Below, in pieces: positions 42,068-52,640 of a stretch of DNA of 64,000 nucleotides. Location: NCBI GenBank assembly GCA_963843145.1, contig CAWJJC010000006.1, forward strand, positions 91,998 to 155,997, in the 5' to 3' direction. Numbering within the stretch: position 1 is the stretch's first letter; every line of letters begins with the position of its first letter. This DNA is from an uncultured delta proteobacterium (lineage in GTDB: Bacteria; Desulfobacterota; RBG-13-43-22). The translations under genes and the position numbers were made by a program. The notes beneath the pieces were generated by a model that did no database searches, was not told where the DNA came from, and saw nothing but the letters and a program-made list of their open reading frames with translations.

Positions 42068-43294
42068 TTGAACCGACACATCCTCATGGCCTTCGCGGCC
42101 AGCCTGGGGATGGGTGTGGCCTTTATGAACCTGACCCCCGTTCTTCCCGTGTTGCAGGCCTTTTATGGAGTAAGCAACGCCCGCATGGGGATGCTGATCA
42201 CGGCGCTGCTCCTCACCCACTCGCTGGTGCAGGTGCCCTCCGGTCTGGTGGTGGATAAACTGGGGGTCAGGATGGGGCTTCTGCTGGCTCTGGGGCTGGG
42301 GTTCCTGGGTTGCTTTCTTTCCGTCTTTTCCCGGAATTACGGTTTTATCCTGATCCTGCGCCTGGTAACCGGTCTGGGCACCGGGCTCTCTTTTGTCGCC
42401 GGTCTTCATTACGCCACTTCCCATGCCTCGGAAGATAAAAAGCGGCAGGTTCAGGCTATCTTCGGCGGCCTGATCAATATCGGCAGCGTGATACCTTTCT
42501 TTACCAGTGCGGTGTTAATAAAAGTTGACGGAAGACTGATCCACCTCCTGACGGCCCTCTTTTTCCTTTTGCCCCTGCTGGCCGTGCTGCTTTGGGGCGA
42601 GAATCCGAGAGGGAAGGTCGGCTTTTCAAAAATCAGGCTAAGCCAAATCCTCCGCCCCGGACCGGCCTGGACGATCGGCTTCAGTCACGCCGTCTTTTTC
42701 GGCGGGATGATGACCATCGGGACCTGGATCACTTCTTATCTTCTGAAAACCATGACCGGCTCCTTCTGGCTTTCCTGGATAGGGTTGGTTGGCGGACTGG
42801 TGATCGGCGTCAGTGCCGGCGGCAGGTTTTTGGGCGCCTGGCTGCCTCCCTGGATCAGCCCCAGGAACCTCATCCTGGGCGCTTTAGCTTTGTTGTTCCT
42901 CGCCTACGTAGGATTGGGTGTCAACCGAACGCTCTGGCCCGGCCTGGCCCTATTGGGAATAGCCGCTTTGATGAATTCCGTTACCTTTGGATCGGTTTTT
43001 TACCTGGCCTATCACTATTCTTCGCCTCAGATGGCGGGAACGACTATCGGGCTGGTTAATTTTATCGCCAGCATCGGGGCTTTTCTTTTCCCGATATTTT
43101 TTGGATACCTCCTCGATCTGACCGGAACGTTCGCCCTGCCCTTTCTCTTCCTCTCCGCCCTGGCTGTGCTCTCATTGCTGCGGGTCTTTACCCTGCCGGC
43201 CCAACCCGGGAAGCCGGGCACGGCCGGATACCAGCATCCAAGCTCGATGCCCAGCGCCGCGGACTCTCCGGCGTCAACCGGAAGCGCTCGTTAA
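42068..43294 (+). CDS. MFS transporter
   Basis: QVPSGLVVDKLG motif A, 12 TMs. Confidence 0.85.
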   Translation: MNRHILMAFAASLGMGVAFMNLTPVLPVLQAFYGVSNARMGMLITALLLTHSLVQVPSGLVVDKLGVRMGLLLALGLGFLGCFLSVFSRNYGFILILRLVTGLGTGLSFVAGLHYATSHASEDKKRQVQAIFGGLINIGSVIPFFTSAVLIKVDGRLIHLLTALFFLLPLLAVLLWGENPRGKVGFSKIRLSQILRPGPAWTIGFSHAVFFGGMMTIGTWITSYLLKTMTGSFWLSWIGLVGGLVIGVSAGGRFLGAWLPPWISPRNLILGALALLFLAYVGLGVNRTLWPGLALLGIAALMNSVTFGSVFYLAYHYSSPQMAGTTIGLVNFIASIGAFLFPIFFGYLLDLTGTFALPFLFLSALAVLSLLRVFTLPAQPGKPGTAGYQHPSSMPSAADSPASTGSAR

Positions 43295-43719
43295 GAATTC
43301 TTTTTCTCTAATTTTTCCTTCATCTTGGCGTCGAATTTCGCCTTGTCGATGATGAACCGCTCGTGTTTCCCTCGAGAGATCAGATCCAGGTCGTCATGAA
43401 CTTCCACTTCAAACAACAACCGCCGCCGGTCAACTTCCAATAGCCTTACCCTGGCAACCATATCCAATCCCGGTGGAGTGGCCGCGACGTGGCTGACATC
43501 AATATGAGTACCGACCGTCTGCTCTTCCGGCCAGTTTAAATGAGGGTTGATCGCCTGGATGCAAGCCCACTCGATAAACCCGATCATATATCCAGTCGCC
43601 AGGACTTCGGGCATGGCCTGAAATTCTTTGGATTCCGGGTACAAAGCCGGAACCGTCTTCGAATCGGTTACCGGAAATCGAAATTCATGTTCAATCCCCG
43701 GTTTCAGTGTGTCTTTCAT
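43291..43719 (-). CDS. Fluoroacetyl-CoA thioesterase (FlK)-like hotdog protein
   Basis: VLATG.MIGFIE, TVGTHIDVSH.AATPPG, G.HERFII. Confidence 0.85.
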   Translation of the reverse strand: MKDTLKPGIEHEFRFPVTDSKTVPALYPESKEFQAMPEVLATGYMIGFIEWACIQAINPHLNWPEEQTVGTHIDVSHVAATPPGLDMVARVRLLEVDRRRLLFEVEVHDDLDLISRGKHERFIIDKAKFDAKMKEKLEKKNS

Positions 43720-43845
43720 GATGTTCCCTTATCCCCCATCCCCCCTAACCCCTATTCTTATATACCCCGACCCCCCAAACCCCTTGGCAGGGGCAACTAT
43801 TTCACGTGGAGCGCCACCCGTTTCTCAAAAGAATAAGCTGCCCCC

Positions 43846-44319
43846 CTAGACCTCTTCCATTTCCGCGGACCAGGAGCAGTCGATACACCCCTTGATGGAT
43901 TGATAGGCCGGGCAGTTCTTGGCATAGACGGCCAGGGCCTTTTCCGCGTCCTCCCGCTTGCCTTTCGGAATTTTCATCCGGTAGCGGAGCCGGATTTTCG
44001 TGATCCTCAAAACCCCCTCCACGTCTTCGATGTCCCCCTCCACCTGGGCGACCAGGTTTTCTTCGGTCTTTATGCCCCGCACCTCCAGTGCGGCCGCCAG
44101 GGTGCCGGTCAGTCACCCCCCGACGCCGGCGATCATATAGTCCAGGGTGGCCGGATATTCCGGACCTTCGATCGTCCGTCCGTACTTGTTCTGGTAAAAA
44201 TCCTTGATACCCCCGTGCATCCCGAAATGGACCGGCTCCGCGAAATCCCCGAAGTGGGCCGTCCGATGGGGCCCCTTATGCTTCTCGATGCGCATACGAC
44301 TGGTGTGAGCGACTGACAT
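43846..44319 (-). CDS. OsmC-family protein with in-frame UGA (probable selenocysteine), 157 aa
   Basis: ORFs 44113-44319 and 43846-44082 are in frame: AGVGG-UGA-LTGTLAAALE...NCPAYQSI; hairpin CCGCAC-TGGAG-GTGCGG starts 19 nt after the UGA. Confidence 0.82.
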
Positions 44320-44412
44320 GGGTTGACCTCCTTCAATTACTATAAAATAGATTTGTGGCTTAGAGACCTGACCACTGCCCGCGAATCCTTTCCGGCCTGG
44401 GGCGGCCCCCGT

Positions 44413-45045
44413 TCAAATGAAACTTCGCCCGGCCCGACGCCCCTTTATCTTTCCCCGGGGGCCGCGCAACGGGATGCTCTTCCAGGGCAGCCTTTGGTCG
44501 ACCGCCTCCTGCAGTTCGTTCCTGAAGGCAACGCCGAAAACCCTTTCGATGTTTTCGGCGATCGAGGGGCACAAGGAGAATTTTCCTTTGGCGTTGCGTG
44601 TATTGCAACTGAATTCGAAGGCGTAGTCATCAATGGATAGTATTCTTTTATCCCCTTCATAAACGGCCAGAGGCCAAAGGAGACAGGACTCCGGTTTGGC
44701 GTTTCGGAAAGGGATTCCCATTTGTTCGGCCGCCGTATGCAGGGAACAGACGAGTTTGTTGCCCTTGAGGTAGGCAAACACGCAGGCGCCGTCTTCCTTC
44801 GTGTCCAGGCAATACAGGCCGCGTGAGATTTCTTCGAAGACATTTTCGTATGAATGGTTTGATTTCAGGTGCGGGCAAAAGCGGGCGGCCAACGGCAGGC
44901 ATCCGCTTATATTCCGCAGTTCCTGGCTGTTGATCGTTACTTCGTAGCTCGAACAGCAACAAGGGGTCCCGCTCGAACAACCGGTGCAGTTGTGCTTGAC
45001 CGAGCAAATCCCGGCGACATCGATCTCAAGTCTCTGTGGGTTCAT
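44413..45045 (-). CDS. Cys-rich DUF3109/YkgJ-like protein
   Basis: C..C....CC, GACVF, CSLH, KPESCLLWPL. Confidence 0.7.
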   Translation of the reverse strand: MNPQRLEIDVAGICSVKHNCTGCSSGTPCCCSSYEVTINSQELRNISGCLPLAARFCPHLKSNHSYENVFEEISRGLYCLDTKEDGACVFAYLKGNKLVCSLHTAAEQMGIPFRNAKPESCLLWPLAVYEGDKRILSIDDYAFEFSCNTRNAKGKFSLCPSIAENIERVFGVAFRNELQEAVDQRLPWKSIPLRGPRGKIKGRRAGRSFI

Positions 45046-45124
45046 CTGTTGCCCATAAAGCTGTTGAGCACCTTTGGTCCATACGTTGGTAGGGGAAAAT
45101 TATTTATGGTCGCCCCTGAGGCCC

Positions 45125-45826
45125 TCATTGGGCTGCGGCAGTGGAAACATCAAAAAACTCGACCTGGCCGGTCTCCAGGCTGTAGACTCCCCCCGCTATT
45201 TTGACCTTCTTTTCATCTGCCAGGTGTTTGATGAGGGGGCTTTCTCTCCTGAGCGCCGCCGCGGTATTTATCACATTCAGTCGGATGGCTGTATTAAGGA
45301 CCGCGCGCTCGTCCTTACTCTCTTTCTCGGCCTTCTTCACGGCAGGTTGTATTTTTTTAACCACCAAGCCTATGTGGCCCTCCGGCTTGCCGCCTTCCAT
45401 GGCCGCCTTGACCGCACCGCAGCTCTGATGCCCCAGGACGAGCACGAGGGGGACCTTCAGATGTTCCACCGCGTACTCCACGCTCCCCAGATCAACAGAG
45501 CCCACCACATTGCCCGCCGTTCTCACCACAAAAAGATCTCCCAGACCCTGGTCGAAAACGTGTTCGGGGGGCACCCGGGAGTCGGAGCAGCTCACAATGA
45601 CTGCCAAGGGATGTTGCCCTTTCGTCAGTTCCGTCCTTCTCGCCGAACCAAGATCCTTCTGTGTCGGATCGTTACCCGCAAAGCGGGCATTGCCCTCCAC
45701 CAGTTTCTTAAGTGCCCCATCCGCGGTGAGCCCCGCTCCTTCGCCGAATCCAAACCCGGTCGCCGCCAGCAGGGAGAGCACCGCAACGATAGCCGCCAGG
45801 CCGATAAAAATCGAATTCCTTTTCAT
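45125..45826 (-). CDS. Secreted beta-carbonic anhydrase
   Basis: CSDSRVPPE, GDLFVVRTAGN, GHQSCGAV; signal peptide from ATG 45826 after AGGAGG. Confidence 0.93.
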   Translation of the reverse strand: MKRNSIFIGLAAIVAVLSLLAATGFGFGEGAGLTADGALKKLVEGNARFAGNDPTQKDLGSARRTELTKGQHPLAVIVSCSDSRVPPEHVFDQGLGDLFVVRTAGNVVGSVDLGSVEYAVEHLKVPLVLVLGHQSCGAVKAAMEGGKPEGHIGLVVKKIQPAVKKAEKESKDERAVLNTAIRLNVINTAAALRRESPLIKHLADEKKVKIAGGVYSLETGQVEFFDVSTAAAQ

Positions 45827-45918
45827 GACGCTACCTCCTGGTAAAGGATATATTAACAGTTTCATAATTGTATTTACACGAAGTGTTCTGTTTATCTCTC
45901 GCCCGCTTCGCTCGAATT

Positions 45919-46101
45919 CGCCGAGGGCACAGAGAAAGACGAATCTATTTTTTGAAAAATCGCTGAGACGCCGATTTTTCAAAACAGCTCACGCCTCCGG
46001 CGGGGTCTTATTCGCGGAGCGGGAGATTTTTTCTGATTGCCGGCCTCTCAGCGGCAATCAGAAATTAACCATTCTCTGTGATCTCTGTGTGCTCTGCGAG
46101 A
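45919..46101. repeat. MITE-like element bounded by CACAGAG/CTCTGTG repeats
   Basis: CGCCGAGGGCACAGAGAA ... TTCTCTGTGATCTCTGTGTGCTCTGCG, with internal hairpins. Confidence 0.45.
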
Positions 46102-46177
46102 GATCGTCTCTTGTCTCTGGTTGTGACTGGGCGGCGTTACGGAATCCTATCAATATTATTTTGAGACCGTTAATAAA

Positions 46178-46473
46178 TCACCGCTTCACGTAATCAAGTC
46201 TTTTCTTTGATTTGACCAATTGACCGTACTGCCTGATCCAGTTCATTTCATCCGGCTCCAGCGGCCCTTGTTTTATTGCCTCAAGATTCCGACTGAGCTG
46301 CTCCCGGTTCTGCGGCCCGGTCAACACAACATGTACCTTGGGATTCGTCAGAACGAACCGGTGGAATCAAGGCCATAGGAACCAGCGATACCCATACGAA
46401 AGACGGTTTTCCCCACGACCGGAAGCATTATGTGAGAAAACTCGGCAGGAGAAGTCGGTATTTGCTCTGTCAT
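46178..46473 (-). pseudogene. Internally deleted aldo/keto-reductase-like cassette remnant
   Basis: N-terminal VFRMGIAGSYG joined to C-terminal RFVLTNPKVHVVLTGP.N.EQL..NL. Confidence 0.55.
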
Positions 46474-46536
46474 CTGCCACACCCTGCTGTGAAATGGTAA
46501 CGGTGCTGTTTCTTTGGGGGTCAACGGGAGCACCCC

Positions 46537-46603
46537 GCCGAACGGTCCCGGAGCTATCCGGCCGCCTGCTTTTTGACGGTCCGAGTTGAGCGACTGGTTC
46601 GCC
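46537..46603 (-). other. Integron attC site of the HigBA-like cassette
   Basis: GGCGAAC CAGTCGCTCAACTCGGACCG...CGGCCGGATAGCTCCGGGACC GTTCGGC; overlaps the antitoxin stop. Confidence 0.7.
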
Positions 46604-46898
46604 CTTCATTTTGAGATTCCGTAACAAGACGCAACTCAAGACGACAACCAAGTGCGTGAGCGTACTTCTGCAATGTGGCCAATGATGGAGAGTGTTTTCC
46701 CCTGCCAGATTCAAGACGGGCTACCGCGGACTGAGTTGTGCCGATACGCTCAGCAACTTCAGCCTGAGTGACGCCTGCTGCGGCACGGGCCTTGAGAAAT
46801 TCGTCAAGAAATTGGAACTCCTCGTCCAGTCGATCGTATTCAGCTTTCACGTCTGTGCGCTCAAGGGCGCGGGTTTTAAGTTCTTTGTGAGTGAGCAT
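46554..46898 (-). CDS. HigA-like XRE HTH antitoxin
   Basis: AR..AGVTQAEVAERIGTTQSAVARLESG...PSLATL. Confidence 0.9.
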   Translation of the reverse strand: MLTHKELKTRALERTDVKAEYDRLDEEFQFLDEFLKARAAAGVTQAEVAERIGTTQSAVARLESGRGKHSPSLATLQKYAHALGCRLELRLVTESQNEGRTSRSTRTVKKQAAG

Positions 46899-47217
46899 TT
46901 TTGAACTCCTTCATCCTCCGCCGCGCTGTTTCAAGTTCTCTTAGCGGAGTCTTGTCTGTTTTCTTGACAATCTGGTGCAACATCACTATTTTTCGGCCAA
47001 CTAGAGTACAGTAAAACACTCGTGCGCTTCCCTCGGTAGCCTTCAATCGTAATTCAAATAGTCCGTCACCCATTGCGCGAGTGTGCGGCATGCCGAGATC
47101 AGGGCCGTAGACCTCCATCTTGTCAGCATATCTGAGGTAACGACCGAGAAAGCCTGCCGGCATTGCAAGGATCTCTTCTTGTACTGAATCGCTGTAATAG
47201 GTGATTGTCCAGTTCAT
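46876..47217 (-). CDS. RelE/HigB-like (Gp49-type) toxin
   Basis: GMPHTRAMGDGLFELR...ARVFYC...LH..VKKTDKTP; toxin-first order. Confidence 0.88.
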   Translation of the reverse strand: MNWTITYYSDSVQEEILAMPAGFLGRYLRYADKMEVYGPDLGMPHTRAMGDGLFELRLKATEGSARVFYCTLVGRKIVMLHQIVKKTDKTPLRELETARRRMKEFKNAHSQRT

Positions 47218-47542
47218 GGGTGCAGTATAGCGTATTTGCTATAAAAGATCTATATGAATATTTATGACTTTATTGTGGTCGAGTGCCCCGCGGATGAGCG
47301 GTGGACCCGGAGGACAAGCTCGCTTGGAGATCACCGGTTTATCCGGTGCATCATATTGTTGAAAATAAGTATCGTGTCCTCGGAGTTTCCTCTTCCTTGT
47401 CAAGAATAAAGATTTGACCCTTTCTCTCTTTCTCTTTGTGAGAAAACTTGGCAGGAGAAGTCGGTATTTGCTCTGTCATCTGCCACACCCTGCTGTGAAA
47501 TGGTAACGATGCTGTTTATTTGGGGGTCAACGGGAGCACCCC

Positions 47543-47598
47543 GCCGAACGATGAGTTGAGCCGAAGCGCTAGCGATCGGCTCAAGCGCCTGGTTGGCC
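47543..47598 (-). other. Integron attC site of the VapBC cassette
   Basis: GGCCAAC CAGGCGCTTGAGCCGATCGCTAGCGCTTCGGCTCAACTCATC GTTCGGC, 56 bp, palindromic. Confidence 0.82.
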
Positions 47599-48009
47599 AA
47601 TATATTCAGAATGAAGACCTGAATCTTTAGCCGCCATAAATTGCCTTTTGTCAGCGGTTACAAACAGGTCAGCCCCCCACTCAAGAGCACAGGCAACATG
47701 AAGGGAATCCAGTGCACGTAAGGCATTGTTCTCTAATAGCCTTACCGAACGTGAGACTACCGAAGGTGTGATTTGTAAAACAGTGGCATCTCGTACATCA
47801 TCCATCAACTGTCTTTTTACAGCCCGATAGTCGACGATAGTTAAAATGTGTTCTCTCAGCCGGCGGTTGAGACCGGAAATGATTTCAGGTACCAAAATAA
47901 CAGAAAAAGCTAACTCCGAAGCACCCTCCAAATAATGATCCAGTCTTTCGCTGCCAATTTCCTGCACATATCTCTTGGCAAATGACGATGAATCAACTGC
48001 CAGCTTCAT
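47581..48009 (-). CDS. vapC: VapC PIN-domain toxin
   Basis: DSSSFAKRY..E, LRALDSLHVACA, FVTAD. Confidence 0.9.
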   Translation of the reverse strand: MKLAVDSSSFAKRYVQEIGSERLDHYLEGASELAFSVILVPEIISGLNRRLREHILTIVDYRAVKRQLMDDVRDATVLQITPSVVSRSVRLLENNALRALDSLHVACALEWGADLFVTADKRQFMAAKDSGLHSEYIGQPGA

Positions 48010-48239
48010 GAAGTCAGCTCACGTTCTTCTAATATAGCAGAAGACAGATCGCTTCCTTTGATACGTAAACGGATTCCTGATTCCTTCCAGGCCGGCGGCC
48101 TTGGTACGTTGTCGGAAAATGGGATTATTTCAGCTACCGGCTTCCCACGCCTGAGAAGAACAAGTGTTTCCCCATGCTCCACCTCAGTGATAAAATCCGA
48201 AGCCCTTTTTCGGAAATCAGTAAAAGCAATACTTTTCAT
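48006..48239 (-). CDS. Phd/YefM-family antitoxin
   Basis: FR..AS..I..VE.GE.....RRGKPVAEI.P; ATGA overlap with vapC. Confidence 0.88.
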   Translation of the reverse strand: MKSIAFTDFRKRASDFITEVEHGETLVLLRRGKPVAEIIPFSDNVPRPPAWKESGIRLRIKGSDLSSAILEERELTS

Positions 48240-48347
48240 TTATGCCGCCTCATAAAGTGTACATCCAACTGTACATTTTAGGTAATATTTTGTCAAGATT
48301 CATTTTTCAAGGCGAAGGCGGCCTCGACTCGTGGCCAGCGTAATTGA

Positions 48348-48560
48348 GGGTCGGACCCAATGCCGTTAACTTAAGGGTATTTCCCCTGCCAACAGCGTCA
48401 CCCCGGCGAAAGCCGGGGTCCAGAAAACCTGAAAAATCTGGATTCCGGCCATTCGACTAAGCTCATGGCCCTGAGTAAGCCGAAGGGCTTTCGCCGGAAT
48501 GACGGCAACGACTTAATTTTTGGACTAAATTAGTTAAGTTAACGGCATTGGGTCCGACCC
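48348..48560. mobile_element. 213-bp MITE-like element with perfect 27-bp terminal inverted repeats and nested REPs
   Basis: GGGTCGGACCCAATGCCGTTAACTTAA ... TTAAGTTAACGGCATTGGGTCCGACCC; solo ends at 49097-49117 and 55453-55480. Confidence 0.75.
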
Positions 48561-48691
48561 CGAATTTTACCCAAAAACGATGCGGCCATGGTAGCGGATT
48601 CTATTCGATCCGACTGGTCGTGCAATTTTCCCCTCTCTATTATTTCTTCCTCGAAATGAGTCTCGATTCTTTTACCCCCCCCGTCCCATTA

Positions 48692-49081
48692 TTAAAACCG
48701 GGGGGAGCGGTCTCCTCGCAAGTAACGCATCAGGTCGAAGATATCGAGCAACAGAGACACTGTATCCATAACCATCAAGGTTAAAATCCAGCTTTGAAAA
48801 AGCTTGCCATCATGAATGTTCTCCAGTCTGAAACCCAGCCATATGAGCATAGGGATCCATACAAAATGGCCTATGCCCACGAGCCGGACATAACCCAGTT
48901 TGGCATGCAGGACCGTCATAATCGTAGCTGCCAGGAGCCCGGTTCCCAGTACCACCCAGGCCTCAGTCCTCGGCAGAAAGAGGATGGAAGACAGATTGAT
49001 CAATGGCAGACCAGCCATCCAGGGCCACCAGATCATGGGCATTTTGAACATATTTTTGAGAAATTCGACTAAGGCTTTCAT
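48692..49081 (-). CDS. Hypothetical 4-TM membrane protein
   Basis: 129-aa hydrophobic ORF, RLVGIGH..WIP motif. Confidence 0.6.
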   Translation of the reverse strand: MKALVEFLKNMFKMPMIWWPWMAGLPLINLSSILFLPRTEAWVVLGTGLLAATIMTVLHAKLGYVRLVGIGHFVWIPMLIWLGFRLENIHDGKLFQSWILTLMVMDTVSLLLDIFDLMRYLRGDRSPRF

Positions 49082-49129
49082 AATATTGGCTTAATTGGGG
49101 TCGGACCCAATGCCGTTCGTTGTTAGCCT

Positions 49130-51684
49130 CTATTGGGTCTGCTTCGTGCCTTGGTACGCTTCAGCCGGCTCATTGACGAAAGTCGCTTGGTAATCGGCAC
49201 GGCTCAAAACGGTATCGTACAATCCGATGTCCTCACTTTCGTGCTTGTTGATCCCGGTGTAGCTCAGGCTGGCATCCTCGTAGCGCTTGAACTTGTAAAC
49301 TGCGTCGTTCATCAGGGCGCTGTTGAAGACTCCCAGGCTGACCAGCAACTCGAAGTCCTTCACGTTCAGGCCCGTGACCTTTTTGAACAGGCCGGGTTCC
49401 AGTTGCCTAATCACATCCTTCAGCGTCCGCTCGCGGTAGTCGGTCAGGTACATAAAGATGGGAACCCGCGTGGCGAACTTGATGAGCTTCTCCTGAATCT
49501 CCTTGCGCTTGCTCTTGAACTCCTTTTCCTCCTCGGAAAGCTCCCCCTTCTCTTTCGCGGACAGTTCCTTGTCGTTCGCCTCCTTGCGAGCCTTCTTCAC
49601 GGCTTCCGACTTGTTGATGATTGTCTCGATGTCCTGATTCAGATTGCGAAAACCCTCGATGCTCATGAGGGCTTCCATCGCCTTCTTGTTGTTCATTAAG
49701 CGGCGCAAGGTGTCGTTGTCAACATTCACCAGCAAGGCACTTTCCCAGCGCCGCGCCAGTAGGGTTGCCGTCGTGCCGCTCATGGCCATGTCGAGGATCC
49801 CGGCGGCGTCAATTTGCTTCATGGAACTGCCGTCGTAAGCCAGAACCGGCAGGAAGCTGATGAACTCTTCCACCTTCTTTTCCGGGGTCGCCTCGTTGAC
49901 GTTCAACCGGCAACTGTAGTCGGCAATCTGTCGCAACGCTCGGTCGGGGGCGAAGTCGAAAACGTAGCACTCTTCCTTGATGATCTGTTCTTCGTTCGGG
50001 GAAGCGCCGTCGGGGTTGCGCACTGTCCAAGGCGATTGCACTCGGAAGGCCGCCTGAAAATACGTTTCCGGGCTGGAAGAGTTGCGCAGCATGAGAATCC
50101 CCGTCCACGGCTTCACCGTCACTCCCGTTGTCAGCTTCCCGCAAGACAGGGTGATGGTCTTGGTGGTGAGGGGATCGTCCATAGCCTCCTGGACCGGAGG
50201 CAGGGCCGCCACGCCGATTCCGGCGGCGCTACCCGCTGCCACGATGACCTTGTAGTCGTGGTAGAAGCGGTTCTGTTTCTTCGCCAGCAGGTTTCGCATG
50301 GCGTGACAGGCCGCCACGCTAGGGAGGAACCAGAAGGAATGCGAAAGCACGCCCAGCAGTCGCGCATCCGAAAATGGCATCGGCGGCTTCTGCGCACCGA
50401 GTTTCAGGTTGTCAACGCTGGTCGGCATAAACGCGCCACGGATCAGGTCCAGCCATTTCTGGACCTCATCCTTGTATTTGAACTTCGCCTGGTCGCCGAG
50501 GCCTTCGGCCGAAAAGAAAACGTTCAAGTCGAACTCGTTGAACTCCCCTTGCATGGCGATTTCCCGGATCGCGTCCGGCAGTTGGTAGGTCAGCAGCACC
50601 ATCCGGGGCAACGCGGCGTAGGGGTTGCCGGTCCCCTTCCAGTCTCGTTTGGCACGCTGTTCGTCGGAATAGGTCCAGTTGAAGATTTGCTCCTCGATGA
50701 ACTCGCCGGAAGCAATGGCTCGGAACGGTGTGCCGGACAGGTAAAGATAACCGTCCGTAGTGATTGGCATAATGTCTTCGTCGAAGTCTTCGATGCCTTC
50801 TCCCACAGCGAACTTGCGTTCCTTCTCATCTTCCGACTCAAAAAGTTCCTTCGCGTTCTCCCGCCATGCGCCGTAATGGTACTCGTCCAGAATCACGCAA
50901 TCCCAGTTTGTCGAATGGACCCATTCATTCTTGGTCTTGATGCCGCCGGTGCTGGGGTTCCGGCCCAAATAGTCCTGAAACGAACCAAAGCAGACGAACG
51001 GCCGTTTCTTGTCCGCCTGTTCGTAAGTCAGACCGCCGGGTTTGATGAATTGCCAGCCCTTGAAGTCCACGTGACACTTCAAGTCCTCTTCCCAAGCGCT
51101 TTGTACTGCCGGTTTGAAGGTCAGAACCAGCACCTTCCGCCAGCCCATCTTCTTCGCCAACTGATAGGCGGCAAACGTCTTCCCGAAACGCATCTTGGCG
51201 TTCCAAAGGAAATGCGGCGGCTTATTCCGGTTGCCCCGCTCCTTTCGCCAACTGGCGAAGTAGGCCGCCGTCATCTCGACCGCCGCTTCCTGTTCGGGGC
51301 GCATCTTGAAATCCAGCGACCGGTTCTCTTCATTCAATTGGCCGGTCCGCACGGCGATGATGGCCCCCTTGACCTGGGCAACCTTGCAACGGAACCACTC
51401 GCCTTCCGGGTTCTTAACGCCGTTGATCCGCAGCATCCGGTGAACGTCGTGGTCGGTGAACACCGTTCCGTCATTGCGCATGGCGGATTCTTCAAGACGA
51501 ATCCGGAACGGGCGGCTTGCCAGGTGCCTTCGTCGGGATACTGTTGCGTCGACGACGGCTCCTGTGCAGTCCACGTTGTGTACCCGACCTTGAGCAGACC
51601 CGCATATTGCGGGTTCGTATCCTCGTAGGCGTAAATCGTGGGCCGTGATTCCGGGCGCGGAGGGAAGAAATCCTTACTCATCAT
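49130..51684 (-). CDS. Restriction-type SF2 helicase with N-terminal GIY-YIG-like domain (indels near 51510-51575)
   Basis: IYAY...LKVGYT, GEWF, NAKMRFGKT, DEYH, YLSGTP, YFQAAFRVQ. Confidence 0.82.
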
Positions 51685-52531
51685 CCGGCCCCTTAAGTTT
51701 CTTCCTCGACGCGGCTGGCGGCAGAAAGTTTTCGCCGGTCACCACGTTTTTGCCTGTTTTCTGCTCTAATTCCCTGCGCGCTTTTTTCGCGATTCCGCCG
51801 CCTTTCTTTCCTGCTTCGGCATTTTCGTCCATGCCCGTTGCCTCGACGCTCTCGGCGATCTGCCGGGTGGACAATTCCGCCAGCGCGGTAAAGATCAACT
51901 CCGCCTCGCTCATGTGGTCGCGCAGGTTCTGAGTCTTGAGCCCCTTGATCTCCTTATGCTTTTTGACCGAAACCCCGGTCCATTCCTGATGGATGATATT
52001 GGTAAGAATGGCGTATTCCTCTTCGCCTTTGATCTCGTGATCCTTCCAGTAATCGGTGAGTTTGTTCCGGGTCTCCTGCCCCATCATCCGCTGTTGAATC
52101 CATTTTTCGCTCCGGCCGTGCTGTTGCCAGTATTCGCGGGCCCGATCCAGCGATCTGGCCGGATCGCTCATATCCTGAATGCGCTCATAACCAACCTTGG
52201 CCAGCCAGAGTTTGATCGGCTCAGCCCTGGGGCTGGGAACCGACTGGATAATCCGCAGAAGTGTTTCCGGATCAGCCACATCGGTAAGACGCATCTTGCC
52301 GTCGCCGGCTGCCATTTTCAACTGGTGACAATTTGTCACCGATTGACTTCCCTCCTTTTTCAGCCGTTCCTTGAGTTTGTTCCAGTACTTCCGCGCCGTT
52401 TGATAATCAGGTTGTTGAATCAAAGCCGCGACGATATCCACCACCGAGAAATACCAGATTTCGGACTTCTCATCATAAACCCGGCGAATCTTGAAATTCT
52501 CAAAAACTGCCAGCGCCTGATCACTCGTCAC
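51674..52531 (-). CDS. Bro-N domain DNA-binding protein
   Basis: WYFSVVDIV..L, YWNKLKERL..EG, IIQSVPSP.AEP.KLWLA, NLRDHM. Confidence 0.85.
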   Translation of the reverse strand: MTSDQALAVFENFKIRRVYDEKSEIWYFSVVDIVAALIQQPDYQTARKYWNKLKERLKKEGSQSVTNCHQLKMAAGDGKMRLTDVADPETLLRIIQSVPSPRAEPIKLWLAKVGYERIQDMSDPARSLDRAREYWQQHGRSEKWIQQRMMGQETRNKLTDYWKDHEIKGEEEYAILTNIIHQEWTGVSVKKHKEIKGLKTQNLRDHMSEAELIFTALAELSTRQIAESVEATGMDENAEAGKKGGGIAKKARRELEQKTGKNVVTGENFLPPAASRKKLKGPDDE

Positions 52532-52640
52532 TGTTCACCTCCGATGCTTGACCGCAATCCCAAACATCGACAATCTGTCGACAGTTCCCCGCCCGAAAAC
52601 CCGGACGAAATCATATGTACCCATCTGCGGAATCATTCGC

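Noticed and set aside
49814-51628. 604-aa plus-strand ORF and other long antisense ORFs (e.g. 22559-23524, 11458-12312, 28034-28843)
   Set aside because: Shadow frames of GC-rich genes on the opposite strand, with no motifs
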